The notes beneath the pieces were generated by a model. It was not told the DNA's origin. It did not search any database and saw only the letters and a list, made by a program, of their open reading frames with translations. Made by a program: the position numbers and the translations under genes. Shown in pieces: positions 39,299 to 49,668 of a stretch of DNA of 64,000 bases. How positions within the stretch are numbered: position 1 is the first letter of the stretch; each line of letters begins with the position of its first letter. Source of the DNA: Promethearchaeota archaeon (GTDB taxonomy: Archaea > Asgardarchaeota > Heimdallarchaeia > Hodarchaeales > Hodarchaeaceae); assembly GCA_048938105.1 (NCBI GenBank), contig JBHLMN010000016.1:32001-96000 (forward strand). Reading direction: 5' to 3'.

Positions 39299-40315
39299 AT
39301 GCAGGTGATTCCGATTGCATCAGAATCTTTAGGAACTAGAGGACTTTCCTTATTTGTAATTTCTGAAGATCAAAGAATTTTAATTGACCCATCGGTTTCT
39401 CTTGCTCCCTTCCGAAATGGTTATCCCCCACACATTCAGGAGGTAGCAGCCTCTTATCTTTCTCGTCAATATATTATGAAATTTTGGGAACTTGCTACAA
39501 TTATTATTCAGACTCATTATCATGCGGATCACTATTCATTAGGCATGGATCGGCCATACGAGTTCACAAATCAAGTTATAGCTGACACATTGTATTCTCA
39601 TCCTAAAAAGAAGATATTAGCTAAAGATCCAGAAAGAAATATAAATTTTAATCAGAAAAAAAGGGCATTCTGGTTATGGAGACGTAATGGAGTACCTTTA
39701 TTTGTGGCAGACGGCAATACATTCATGTTTGGTCGAACTAAAATTGTTTTTTCAGAAGCTTTACCTCATGGAAAACTATATTCAAAACAAGGGTGGGTAG
39801 TTGCAGTTCATATTTCGGATTCCTATGATAGTGTCTTGATCAGTTCTGATGTTGTAGGTCCTGGTTCTGATTTAGCATTGAATTTTATCAATGAAAATCA
39901 AGCTGAGTTGATAATCATTGATGGGCCATCAACATATCATCCTAAACAAAGTACTGAAGATACGGTTCGAGCTTTTGAGCGATTGATGGCAGTAAATGAT
40001 ATAGATCACATGATCATTGATCATCATCTTTTACGAGATCCAGATTGGAAAACATTATTGAAAGATCATAGTTTTTCAAGAGAAATTACTCTCGCAAGTC
40101 TTTTAGATATACCACCGTTTTGTTTAGAAAATAAACGATCTCTACTATATAATCAAGCTCCCTTAGATTCTTCATTTCATTCTCGATTTCACTCACATGA
40201 TAAGGAAATTGTGATGAAGATTAGAAAGGTGGCAAAAACTCTTCCACATAAGCCTAAAATTGATAGTCTTTACAAAGAGGTTCTTGAAAGACGTAAAACT
40301 ATCAATTTCCAATAA
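39299..40315 (+). CDS. MBL-fold metallo-hydrolase (UPF0282-like)
   Basis: ASESLGTR, IDP, THYHADH, DHHLLRD. Confidence 0.85.
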   Translation: MQVIPIASESLGTRGLSLFVISEDQRILIDPSVSLAPFRNGYPPHIQEVAASYLSRQYIMKFWELATIIIQTHYHADHYSLGMDRPYEFTNQVIADTLYSHPKKKILAKDPERNINFNQKKRAFWLWRRNGVPLFVADGNTFMFGRTKIVFSEALPHGKLYSKQGWVVAVHISDSYDSVLISSDVVGPGSDLALNFINENQAELIIIDGPSTYHPKQSTEDTVRAFERLMAVNDIDHMIIDHHLLRDPDWKTLLKDHSFSREITLASLLDIPPFCLENKRSLLYNQAPLDSSFHSRFHSHDKEIVMKIRKVAKTLPHKPKIDSLYKEVLERRKTINFQ

Positions 40316-40457
40316 TTTCAACTAAATAACTTAAATTAATTACCACCAACCGAGGGCTTCCTATGGATTTTTTAGATCCATAAGTGTTTTATAAACAGGA
40401 GAAAGAAAAAGAAATTTTGTTTCAGAAACGAGTGTGCTCTTAGATTACCAATAATTC

Positions 40458-41975
40458 CTAAATGACTAATTTAGTTAAAGCATTTTTAACAAAAATGTAG
40501 GTAACAAGAAATAAAACAAATTTTGATAATCTAAAGATTTCTTTCCAAGGGATTACACCAATTTTTTCAAATTTTTTATTATTAACTCTCTTAATTGGTA
40601 AAATACTAATTACAAGGGCCATAACAAAATAAATCAACTCATATACATAATTATTCATTACTATGGACGATTGAGTAAATGAATGGTTTAACATATTTGA
40701 AACAAGGAGAAAAAATGGACTAGCTCCTGCAATAAAAGCTAATGAAATTAATGCAAGCACTTGGACAATGTTACCATGTAATTTTGCTGCTTCGAGTCGG
40801 GAAATACCTTTATTCAACAAATCATTAGTCTTATTTAATTCTTCGGTAATTGTTAATAATTTCTTACCAGCAATGAGAGTATCAATCATGGAAAATTTTT
40901 TTATCAACAAGATAAGATGCAAGATTCTTTCAGGAAAAAATTCTGCTAAGAAAGTTGGATTTATATCATTTTCTTCTGATATTCCTAGCCTAAATTGAGC
41001 ATATTTTTCTAATTTCTTAGTGGAATAGTCTTGCTGTGAACGATTTAGAATAATATTTAAAGCATTATTTAAGCTTTTATCGAACGAATTTCCCCTTAAC
41101 AGGTTCTCTGAAAGAATGACCAAAAGCTCTAAGGATTTTTTGTCATGAGATAGAAAAATCTGATTATTTTGGGAAAATAGTGTAAGGTGTCTTTCTGGGT
41201 GGATGAAAAATGATCCAATCACTATACTGATGATGATTAAAAGTCCGAAAAAGACACTCATGTTCCCAGAGATCAATAAAAAACATAAAATAACTGGAGG
41301 GCTTAAAAATATGATTCCAGATGATAATGAGGCCCAAGAGTCAATTTTATCAGTTTCTTCTGTTATTTGTTCGGAAATTCTGCTAAGAATCCTGTTTTTT
41401 GAAAGAAGAGCAATATTTTTGCCATTTTCCCAAATATCCAAAATATAAAGAAAAAGCGTCTGTATGTTCCCATGGAGATATTTTTTCATTTGAGTTTTTA
41501 AGGAAAATTCAAGGGGATTTCCGAAATGTGTTAAAATCATAGCTTTTTCGAATATCTTTGAGAATACGGGATAATTACTCAAGATAATAAATTTTGTTGA
41601 TTCTTTTAGGGAAGAAGATGTATCTAATATTACTAATAGCTCATTGATAACAAAATATCCTATTGTTTCAATGGATGTACAATATTCTTTAAATTGAAGA
41701 AAAATTATGTAATTAAATAGCCTTAAAGATACAATAATTAATACGAGCTCGATTATAATAACTTCAAGGAAAATATTCTTCATTATAAATATTTGAAATC
41801 CTACGAAAAAAAGAGATAAAGTGAAAAACGCAAAGGTAATCCAGAAAATATCTTTTTTACTTATTATATACTTTGACTCAAAATAATCCCCGAAATTATA
41901 GTGATTGAAGAAATCAAAATTCCCAAATAGTATAGAATGGAAATATTTCAATGTAATACCAATTTTCCTTGGCAT
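40458..41975 (-). CDS. TadB/TadC (T2SS F)-like pilus platform membrane protein
   Basis: Two repeats of cytoplasmic helical domain plus TM segments (LILSENLLRGNSFDKSL; HFGNPLE); divergent from the secretion ATPase. Confidence 0.6.
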   Translation of the reverse strand: MPRKIGITLKYFHSILFGNFDFFNHYNFGDYFESKYIISKKDIFWITFAFFTLSLFFVGFQIFIMKNIFLEVIIIELVLIIVSLRLFNYIIFLQFKEYCTSIETIGYFVINELLVILDTSSSLKESTKFIILSNYPVFSKIFEKAMILTHFGNPLEFSLKTQMKKYLHGNIQTLFLYILDIWENGKNIALLSKNRILSRISEQITEETDKIDSWASLSSGIIFLSPPVILCFLLISGNMSVFFGLLIIISIVIGSFFIHPERHLTLFSQNNQIFLSHDKKSLELLVILSENLLRGNSFDKSLNNALNIILNRSQQDYSTKKLEKYAQFRLGISEENDINPTFLAEFFPERILHLILLIKKFSMIDTLIAGKKLLTITEELNKTNDLLNKGISRLEAAKLHGNIVQVLALISLAFIAGASPFFLLVSNMLNHSFTQSSIVMNNYVYELIYFVMALVISILPIKRVNNKKFEKIGVIPWKEIFRLSKFVLFLVTYIFVKNALTKLVI

Positions 41976-42266
41976 ACCTCTACACCAATATTTTAGGAGA
42001 TTCCTTAATTTTAAACGATGAAAATAATAAACACAATTGAATTTTCAAACATTAAATCATCATAATGATTCACCTTCCTTTATTTAAACCCGAGAATCCT
42101 AAAAGAAAAAATCCGATCTAATTTGGATTAAATCTTCACAGTCGTAACATACTTTACGTGCTAAAACAAAGTAGATCAATTCAATCTTTACTTCTCTGTA
42201 TTTATTTCAATTTAGTTTGACTTGTGATAAACTTGGGTTATTTTAATTTCATATACAAAATCAATT

Positions 42267-42590
42267 TTGGTAATAGAATTGACTGTCCTTCAAACACATA
42301 AAACTGTCATTGAAACTACCTGTCCGATTTGTGGAAAGAATGAATCAATACTAGTAACTGCATCTGAATTGAATATTGCAAGAGAACAACATTCTCTTAT
42401 CACTAAAGCATTGACTCACTTAAAAGAAGGCCATATTCTTACTCTTTATATTGACGGGCAAGGAATTGTCCGAAGAAAATATTGTTTTGATATTGCAGAA
42501 CATAAAGCTAATTCTTTTAAAGGATCTCTTCCTAAAAAATTGAATTTAATTTTTGATCAAATGATTCAGGAGTCGAAGAAACAAAAATAA
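42267..42590 (+). CDS. hypothetical protein with CxxC and H..GH..TLYID motifs
   Basis: ORF directly upstream of the ATPase, same strand. Confidence 0.6.
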   Translation: MVIELTVLQTHKTVIETTCPICGKNESILVTASELNIAREQHSLITKALTHLKEGHILTLYIDGQGIVRRKYCFDIAEHKANSFKGSLPKKLNLIFDQMIQESKKQK

Positions 42591-42622
42591 AACCAAATAT
42601 TTTCTTTTAATGGAGCGAAAAA

Positions 42623-44092
42623 ATGAATCAATCGTTAAATATAGACTTAAATCTAAATCAAAATGAAGAAATTATGATAGATTCCTATTCATTTCATTGT
42701 TATATAGCTTCGATAATTAAAATACCACACAAAGAAGAATACGTGTATCAGGTACGATATGATCCTTTAACTTATAATCACTTGAAGGATTTCAGTCATT
42801 ATGAAAAGGAGGTTCATTTCTTTCTTAAAGAATTTGTTTTGCACCAAAATGATTTCTGTACATTTGATCAGCTTTACACTTCCTTATCAAAAGCTACTTA
42901 TAAGGAATTACAAATCCCTAAACAATTTCTAATCCCCGTTATGTTCCGTAAGCTCAATCTTGAAAAAATTGGTCCATTATTAATTGAAGATCAGATTGAC
43001 GAAATATATTTAGATTCGAGTAAGAAGAATCTCTATATAGATCATTCCCGGCATGGGAGGTGTGCTACCTCAATACAGCTTTCGAAGGAAGAAATCGAAT
43101 CTTTTGTTCATCGAATTGCACTGGAAAACGATTTTTCTCTAAATCAAAACAATCCAACAATGAAAGCAGATTTTGTATCTAAATTGTTCCATTCCCGGAT
43201 CACAGTAGATATTCCTCCTCTTATTATCGATGATATTCACATTGATATCAGGAAATTTCATTCAAAGATATTGAGAATTTCAGATCTGATTAAGAATGGA
43301 AGTCTTACCCTAAGTCAAGCAATTTTCTTAGTATATTTAATTCAAAATCAGGTTTCGATTTCAATAATTGGGCCTCCAAATTCAGGGAAAACAACATTGC
43401 AAAATGCTTTGATTGAATATATTCCTCCTCATTTTCGACTTCTATCAGTGGAAGATGTTTTAGAAACCGCTGAAATAAGACGTGGAAACACTGTTAGATT
43501 CCGTTTAGGTTATGATCCGCATGAAAGCATGATTTTTTCAAAATCGCTTGAAGTCCAAAAAATACTACATAGAAGTCCAGATTTTATTAATTTAGGGGAG
43601 CTTTCCACAAAAAATCATTTTACTGCTTTTTTGAATGTTCTATCTGTTGGAATCCCATCAATTCAAACAATACATGGAAGAACTCCAGAATTTCTTTTCG
43701 TACGTTTGAGAGACATATATAACATTCCTCTAGAACTCTTAAAAGCTTCATTTCCTCATATTTTCATCGAGTTGAACGTTTCTTGGATCAAAAATAAGAA
43801 AAAACGTACAATTATGCGGATTGCAGAATTAACAAATGAAGGTGAAATTACTAATTTGTCTAACAAAGCAATCGAATCATTTGTCGCCTATCCTAATACT
43901 GAATCAGGAATTTTCACACTTGCTTATCTGATTAAGAACAATCAGACTAATCTCAATGATTTTATTGTTAATATCCAAAAAACAGCCTTATTATTGTCTG
44001 GAAACTCGTTTCATAAAGAAATTAAACAAGAAGCGGTTGATTTCAATCATCGGAATAAGAATGAAAATAAGATTGTAAAAAATAAAAACTAA
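42623..44092 (+). CDS. TadA/VirB11/FlaI-type secretion ATPase
   Basis: IDIRK, Walker A GPPNSGKTT, Asp box VEDVLE, PDFINLGE, His box TIHG. Confidence 0.9.
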   Translation: MNQSLNIDLNLNQNEEIMIDSYSFHCYIASIIKIPHKEEYVYQVRYDPLTYNHLKDFSHYEKEVHFFLKEFVLHQNDFCTFDQLYTSLSKATYKELQIPKQFLIPVMFRKLNLEKIGPLLIEDQIDEIYLDSSKKNLYIDHSRHGRCATSIQLSKEEIESFVHRIALENDFSLNQNNPTMKADFVSKLFHSRITVDIPPLIIDDIHIDIRKFHSKILRISDLIKNGSLTLSQAIFLVYLIQNQVSISIIGPPNSGKTTLQNALIEYIPPHFRLLSVEDVLETAEIRRGNTVRFRLGYDPHESMIFSKSLEVQKILHRSPDFINLGELSTKNHFTAFLNVLSVGIPSIQTIHGRTPEFLFVRLRDIYNIPLELLKASFPHIFIELNVSWIKNKKKRTIMRIAELTNEGEITNLSNKAIESFVAYPNTESGIFTLAYLIKNNQTNLNDFIVNIQKTALLLSGNSFHKEIKQEAVDFNHRNKNENKIVKNKN

Positions 44093-44258
44093 GGATATTG
44101 GACTTGATCCAAAAAAAAAGAATTTTCCTTCAAAATATGGATATATTTCTTTAATTGAGAGGAGTAAGAAATCTGTATAATAAAAATTTCGGGACTTTAT
44201 ATGCCTTGGTTAATCTTTAGTGTTAGATCTTTTATTTTATTGAGAATTAGGGATAATC

Positions 44259-44457
44259 TTGATTCATTTCCATCAGGCTTTAATAATAGGTGAAAAGAAC
44301 GATTTATTCTCTCCAAACATTCTAGAATATCTACAGGAGCTTTCAAAGCAGCTGATTGAATCAATATCATTTCTATTCCCTACATTACTTAGCATTGCAA
44401 TTGTAACAGTAAATCTTTCTTTGATTTCAGGAACACTCGTTTACCTCTTAGATTATA
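44259..44457 (+). pseudogene. 5' half of a small membrane-protein gene interrupted by the IscB element
   Basis: Hydrophobic ORF runs into the GTCAA element end; joins in frame with 51287-51612. Confidence 0.7.
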
Positions 44458-44730
44458 GTCAATCACCCCGAGCTCAAACCTCAGGGCTTTTTCGGTGACG
44501 AGAAAGAGTAATTGGTTGATTAGCCACAGAAAAGTTGAAGGAATAGGTAATTATGAAATCAACAGTATCTAAGTTATCAGGAGAGTTCAGGAACGCACCA
44601 AAAGATGCTTCTCTAGTCTCTTGCTCTGCAAATGAGGGGTTAAACAGAGAGGAAACTCTCAGTGCTCCTCATACAGTACTGCCTGATAACCTTGGCGAAG
44701 AGAACCAACTCCGTAATACTACGGAGAGAC
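44458..44730 (+). ncRNA. omegaRNA (HEARO-like) scaffold of IscB
   Basis: GTCAATCACC...GGTTGATTAGCC first stem; GATGCTTCTCTAGTC..GCTCT; TTAAACAG-GAGGAAACTC-CAGTG; GATAACCTTGGCGAAG; terminal hairpin CTCCGTA..TACGGAG. Confidence 0.85.
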
Positions 44731-44735
44731 AGAAC

Positions 44736-45962
44736 ATGAGTGTATCTGTCAATGTCTATGTACTGAGTATGAGAGGGTCACCTCTCATGCCAACCACACC
44801 TCGAAAAGCGCGTCTATTGTTGAAACAAGGAAAAGCATCTGTTGTTCAACGAACACCATTTACAATTCAACTCAAATATGCTACAGGTGAAACTACGCAG
44901 CCCATCACCTTGGGAATTGATGCGGGGTATTCTACCATTGGTTTTTCCGCAATTGCAGCAAAAAAAGAACTTATTGCAGGTGAAGTAGTATTAAGAACAG
45001 ATATCTCAAAAAGATTAGCCCAAAGACGCATGTATCGTAGAAACAGACGTAGTTATCTTTGGTATCGAAAGCCCCGTTTTCTTAACCGTACTCATGCCAA
45101 AAAAGAGGGATGGTTTGCTCCAAGTATTCAACACAAATTCGATTCTCATATTCGATTAGTGAAAAAAATTCAGAAGATTTTATCTATTACAAATATCATT
45201 GTTGAAGTGGCATCATTTGATACTCTAAAGATGCAGAATCCAGAGATAAACGGGATAGAATATCAACAAGGAGAATTACAAGGTTATGAAGTAAGGGAAT
45301 ATCTACTTGTAAAATATGGAAGAAAATGTGTCTATTGTGGAAAATCTGGCATTCCCTTAGAAGTAGAACATATAAAACCGAAATCGAGAGGAGGGTCAAA
45401 TCGTGTTTCAAACTTGGCAATTTCGTGCCAAAAATGCAACCAAAAAAAAGGTGATCAAACTGCTGCTGAATTTGGACATTCTAAAGTGCAAAAACAGGCC
45501 AAGCGACCCTTAAAAGCTCCCACATTCATGAATAATGTTCGTCAAAAAATCGTGGCTAAATTGAACAGTCAATATACTTATGGTTTCATCACAAAGTATA
45601 ATCGAATTAAACTCGGTTTAAACAAGTCTCATATTAATGATGCATATGTCATTGCTGGAGGGAAATTATGTCAACAACGAACTAAACCATTTTATGTTAA
45701 TCAAATCCGACGTAATAATCGTAGTCTACAATTAAATCGGAAAGGATTTAGAGTATCTATCCGAAAGTCTCACTATCCTTTTCAACCCAATGACCTCGTC
45801 AAAGTAAAAACAACCAATTCTCTATATCGAGTTAAAGGAACTCATTGCAAAGGGACACGGATTATGGTACAGTCACTCAATTTAGTTAAGAAAAAGATTA
45901 GTTTAAGTTTCAAGAATATTGAGTTGGTCACCTATGGTAAGGGATTGTCATTTAAATATTAA
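44736..45962 (+). CDS. iscB: RNA-guided endonuclease IscB
   Basis: PLMP, RuvC-I GIDAG, Arg-rich bridge helix, RuvC-II VEVASFD, HNH (EHIKPKSRGGSN...C..CN), RuvC-III SHINDA; all catalytic motifs intact. Confidence 0.96.
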   Translation: MSVSVNVYVLSMRGSPLMPTTPRKARLLLKQGKASVVQRTPFTIQLKYATGETTQPITLGIDAGYSTIGFSAIAAKKELIAGEVVLRTDISKRLAQRRMYRRNRRSYLWYRKPRFLNRTHAKKEGWFAPSIQHKFDSHIRLVKKIQKILSITNIIVEVASFDTLKMQNPEINGIEYQQGELQGYEVREYLLVKYGRKCVYCGKSGIPLEVEHIKPKSRGGSNRVSNLAISCQKCNQKKGDQTAAEFGHSKVQKQAKRPLKAPTFMNNVRQKIVAKLNSQYTYGFITKYNRIKLGLNKSHINDAYVIAGGKLCQQRTKPFYVNQIRRNNRSLQLNRKGFRVSIRKSHYPFQPNDLVKVKTTNSLYRVKGTHCKGTRIMVQSLNLVKKKISLSFKNIELVTYGKGLSFKY

Positions 45963-47085
45963 TTGGTTAATTATGAGTTATACCACCTTTGGCTCTTATA
46001 GAGATCCCATTTCCATTAAGTAATGCCTCTTATTCTACCAATGTAGTCTTAACTTTTGCTTAAAAACCCGAGAAAAACTCCTGGAATGCCCTTTTTTATG
46101 CCCTTATTTTATAGATTTCCCCTCTAGGACTCTCACTGAATTTCCATACGAGAAAAAATGCCTGAACCTTGAATTTCTTATTTAGTGAAAAAGAGTTGCT
46201 TCATTGAGGTCGTCAAATTAGTCCATTGACGACATGAACACATTATAATTGCTTCCTCACTATTCTACTGTAGAAGAGATGTAATCAACCTTATTGGGCA
46301 TAAAAGTATCTCCCTCCTGAAATAATTGTCATTAAGGAGGAATAGTTAAATTCATTAAGGAAGAACCATCTAATACAATCAGGAAGACAAGTTTTTTCTT
46401 CACACAAAGGCTATTGAAAGAAGAAACTCGCCTCCAAGAATTAAGATAGTAGAGATTGACTCTTCCCAAAGAATTCAATCCTCTTTTATCTTTTTTCTCA
46501 GTTTGTGTAAGCTTCCTTAGATAAAATTAAAAAAGAATTCTTACCATTTTTCTTCTAATCTATGATATCTAGAATAGCCCAAACTCTCTTTCTAACATCT
46601 TTGAAATTTAAGAAAATCAAAATGGATAATGATTTCCGCTGTAAAATCATGAAATATATGGCAAGCTATTCTTTTTATCGATACGTTGAAAAAAGGTTTT
46701 ATAGAATAAATAATAACCCTTACATACTCTAAAATAATGAATAAGCATACCTCGCTAGTTTGAATAATTGTCAAAACGATTTAATTACTCTTAGTATCAC
46801 AAACAACGTTAAACAAGCTAGATTAAGTATCATCGCCTCTCTCGGTTGTGTAAAGAAATCAGAACGAGATGGAAGAATCACATTACATCTTATACTATAT
46901 AATATTTGCATAGCAGAAACAACAGGTAGAGAAACATTTTCAAAATAAGAAATCCCTAAGAATGAAATCGTACTAATACGATATGTCACATATTTAAAAA
47001 TTGATATAGTACTAAGCCCCACACAGTTCAGAATAATGAAAACAAACTAATCATATGATATGTAAAGGCATAGGAGGAGAAATAT

Positions 47086-47586
47086 ATGGTATTAACTTAC
47101 GAACCTGAACTATCCAAAATAAATGACCTCTTAAATTATGGAAGGTTGTATAATAACACGTTAATAGCTATTAATCGTATTATACATGGTCTTGAACTGA
47201 ATGAGAGGCATCAAGATTCTTTGAACTCCATGAAAAATCTTTTTGATGAAGTGATAAGAGGAGAAGGACAAAACATCGAAATTAAATTGAATAGAGCCCC
47301 AAATAATGTTTCCAGCCTCAATGCTTACAGAAGAATGACTTTGTTGAGCTTACGTGATATTCTAAGAGATGTTAAAGAAGAAAATGAAGTTAAAGAATAT
47401 CTCATGGGACTTAGAGATACATTAATCAGTTTTATAAGTAATACATTAGATTTAGAAACAGAAGAAAACATAAATTCGCTAATGAAATTTCTAGGAATTT
47501 CATCAGAAACCTGTCACAAGGAAATTGAGAGACTGAGGATCGAGGAGGTTGAATTGAAGCCTTGGGAGACGAGAGAAGAGATTTAG
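47086..47586 (+). CDS. hypothetical alpha-helical protein, first gene of the cargo operon
   Basis: AGGAGGA RBS; overlaps the next ORF. Confidence 0.8.
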   Translation: MVLTYEPELSKINDLLNYGRLYNNTLIAINRIIHGLELNERHQDSLNSMKNLFDEVIRGEGQNIEIKLNRAPNNVSSLNAYRRMTLLSLRDILRDVKEENEVKEYLMGLRDTLISFISNTLDLETEENINSLMKFLGISSETCHKEIERLRIEEVELKPWETREEI

Positions 47587-49169
47587 CTACAATTGAATCT
47601 TGCATTCAACAAATAAATTTCTTTGTGGATGAAATCTATCTACTAGAAAAGGCCTCCTTAATTAATTATCAAAGATTCTATCAGCTTTTAAATAAAATAT
47701 GCAGAATTATCCTTAATCAACTAGAGGACTTGAAAACTGAAAGAGGTGATCTGGAAGAGTTAGAAGAAAATAATCATATTACGAAAGTAAAAAGAACCAT
47801 TATCATTCAAGCAAAAAACCTACTTGAAACTGTTTCACAACTTCAATGGTACCTTAAGCAGCTATCTTTAGGTACAGGGAGAGAAGAAAACATCCCCGTT
47901 GAATTTATTTTTCCTCTAGAGCCTATCATTGAACATTTTATTGAAGAAAATTTGATTTTTCTTATTGCATCCTGGGAACGTAATTATAAGATCGTAGATT
48001 TTTCTAATGTGTTGAGCCGCATTTTTAAGAATGATAAGGTGATTCTAGACGAGATTAATCACTTCAAAGATCATATCATAATTATCAATCTTCCATGTGC
48101 ATGGAAAGAAGCAGCTTTAATGCATCCATTACTTTTTCATGAGATCGGTCATTTATTGATTAATCTTAATCCTCAAGGGTATAAAGAAAATTTCATTATG
48201 TCAATCGATAATAAAAAGATTGAAAGGATTCTAAAAAGAATTCGATCTGATTTTTCCAATAAGAACTCTAAGGTACTGAAAGATCTTCAATATTTCATTA
48301 ATCAAAGTATTTTTCAGGTAGATATCGTAACAACATCATTGAATTGGTATAATGAGATTCTTTGTGATTTTTTTGGCTTTTCATTAATGAATCTTGGATT
48401 TATATTCGCTTTCACATCATTTTTTAGAACATCGGCCAGTTTAACATCGTGTGGACCGACTCATCCCCCAGGATTCTTAAGATTTGGATTACTTTACTAT
48501 AAGTTATCTAAAGATAAAAGGATTCTCGATTTTTTGAAAACTATATCACCTGATGTTTATAATCTTCTTAAAGATTCAGCTACAAGATGGGAATACTATA
48601 AATCAAAATTAACTTATCTTAATCAGGCTTGTGTCGAAGTTTTAGAGAATTATAAAGAACACCTTCTTGACTCAAACTTGCATGAAATGAGAGGTTTGAG
48701 TATTGAGGAATTTATATACAACCATGATAGGTTTATAAAGTATAAAGACAAATTGTTTGAACTTTTACTTAATTTTATACCAATTAACGAAATAATAATA
48801 AGTGAAACTGAATCCTACCAATGTAATCTAGCATTAATTATTAATGTTGGTTGGTTCTTTTATTATAATAAAGAATTTGACTTATTTAAAGAAAAAGCTC
48901 TAGAACATAAAGAAAAACCTGAATCACGTTACTCAGGGTCTTTAGGTCCAGGGATTAGTCAAATTCACAGAGATAAGGAAATTCCAAAGCTTCATGTGGC
49001 TTTTGATATTTCAAACAACGAAAAATTTGAAAATAACTTTTACAAGGAAAGGCCTAGTCCTTTCTCTTTTTTAAATTGCATTATAAACAAATCGATTCAG
49101 CTTTCTTTCATCCAGGAATATCTAAAAGATATTTGGGAGAGAAAACAAGATGTTTCTACCAAGAATTGA
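47562..49169 (+). CDS. HEXXH zincin-like protein (putative metallopeptidase or sensor)
   Basis: LFHEIGH, WYNEILCD third-ligand motif, THPP..LR. Confidence 0.7.
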   Translation: MGDERRDLATIESCIQQINFFVDEIYLLEKASLINYQRFYQLLNKICRIILNQLEDLKTERGDLEELEENNHITKVKRTIIIQAKNLLETVSQLQWYLKQLSLGTGREENIPVEFIFPLEPIIEHFIEENLIFLIASWERNYKIVDFSNVLSRIFKNDKVILDEINHFKDHIIIINLPCAWKEAALMHPLLFHEIGHLLINLNPQGYKENFIMSIDNKKIERILKRIRSDFSNKNSKVLKDLQYFINQSIFQVDIVTTSLNWYNEILCDFFGFSLMNLGFIFAFTSFFRTSASLTSCGPTHPPGFLRFGLLYYKLSKDKRILDFLKTISPDVYNLLKDSATRWEYYKSKLTYLNQACVEVLENYKEHLLDSNLHEMRGLSIEEFIYNHDRFIKYKDKLFELLLNFIPINEIIISETESYQCNLALIINVGWFFYYNKEFDLFKEKALEHKEKPESRYSGSLGPGISQIHRDKEIPKLHVAFDISNNEKFENNFYKERPSPFSFLNCIINKSIQLSFIQEYLKDIWERKQDVSTKN

Positions 49170-49668
49170 AATAATAAATCGTATTTTTAATGAACAAGAT
49201 TTTAATAAACGAATAATAGTAACACCCTTTTTTGACCCTGATGAGCAAATTGGTGATGGTACTCTTGATCTGAGGTTAGGTTTTTCATTTTTGAAAATGT
49301 CTCGTGAATATATTCCTTATGTTAATGTTTTGGATGAGGATGTATACACTAAAATTGATTCTTCTCATAAAAAGATTCTTTATTATCCTCGTTGGACCAC
49401 AAAAGAAATAACTCTTCATCCTGGTGACTTTTTATTAGGTGCTACTCTTGAATACGTTAAACTTCCAGATGATTTAATGGCACTCATTTCAGGACGTTCC
49501 TCGTGGGCTCGATTAGGAATCGTTATTCAGGCAACTGGAGGTGTTATTCATCCCAATTTTAACGGTACTATAACTTTTGAATTAGCTAATGTTAGTTCCA
49601 TGCCTGTTAACCTCTACCCTGGGATGAGAATTGCACAATTAGTATTTTCAAGTTGTTCCAATGATTAA
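49150..49668 (+). CDS. dcd: dCTP deaminase (trimeric dUTPase fold) lacking the C-terminal lid
   Basis: LDLRLG, LHPGDFLLGATLEYVKLP, GRSSWARLG, IHPNFNGTITFELAN, LYPGMRIAQLVF, then stop. Confidence 0.9.
   Translation: MFLPRIEIINRIFNEQDFNKRIIVTPFFDPDEQIGDGTLDLRLGFSFLKMSREYIPYVNVLDEDVYTKIDSSHKKILYYPRWTTKEITLHPGDFLLGATLEYVKLPDDLMALISGRSSWARLGIVIQATGGVIHPNFNGTITFELANVSSMPVNLYPGMRIAQLVFSSCSND

Noticed and set aside
46592-47022. Short ORFs on both strands between iscB and the cargo operon, checked as a possible tnpA remnant
   Set aside because: No HUH/Tyr (Y1 transposase) motif or other recognisable protein signature.
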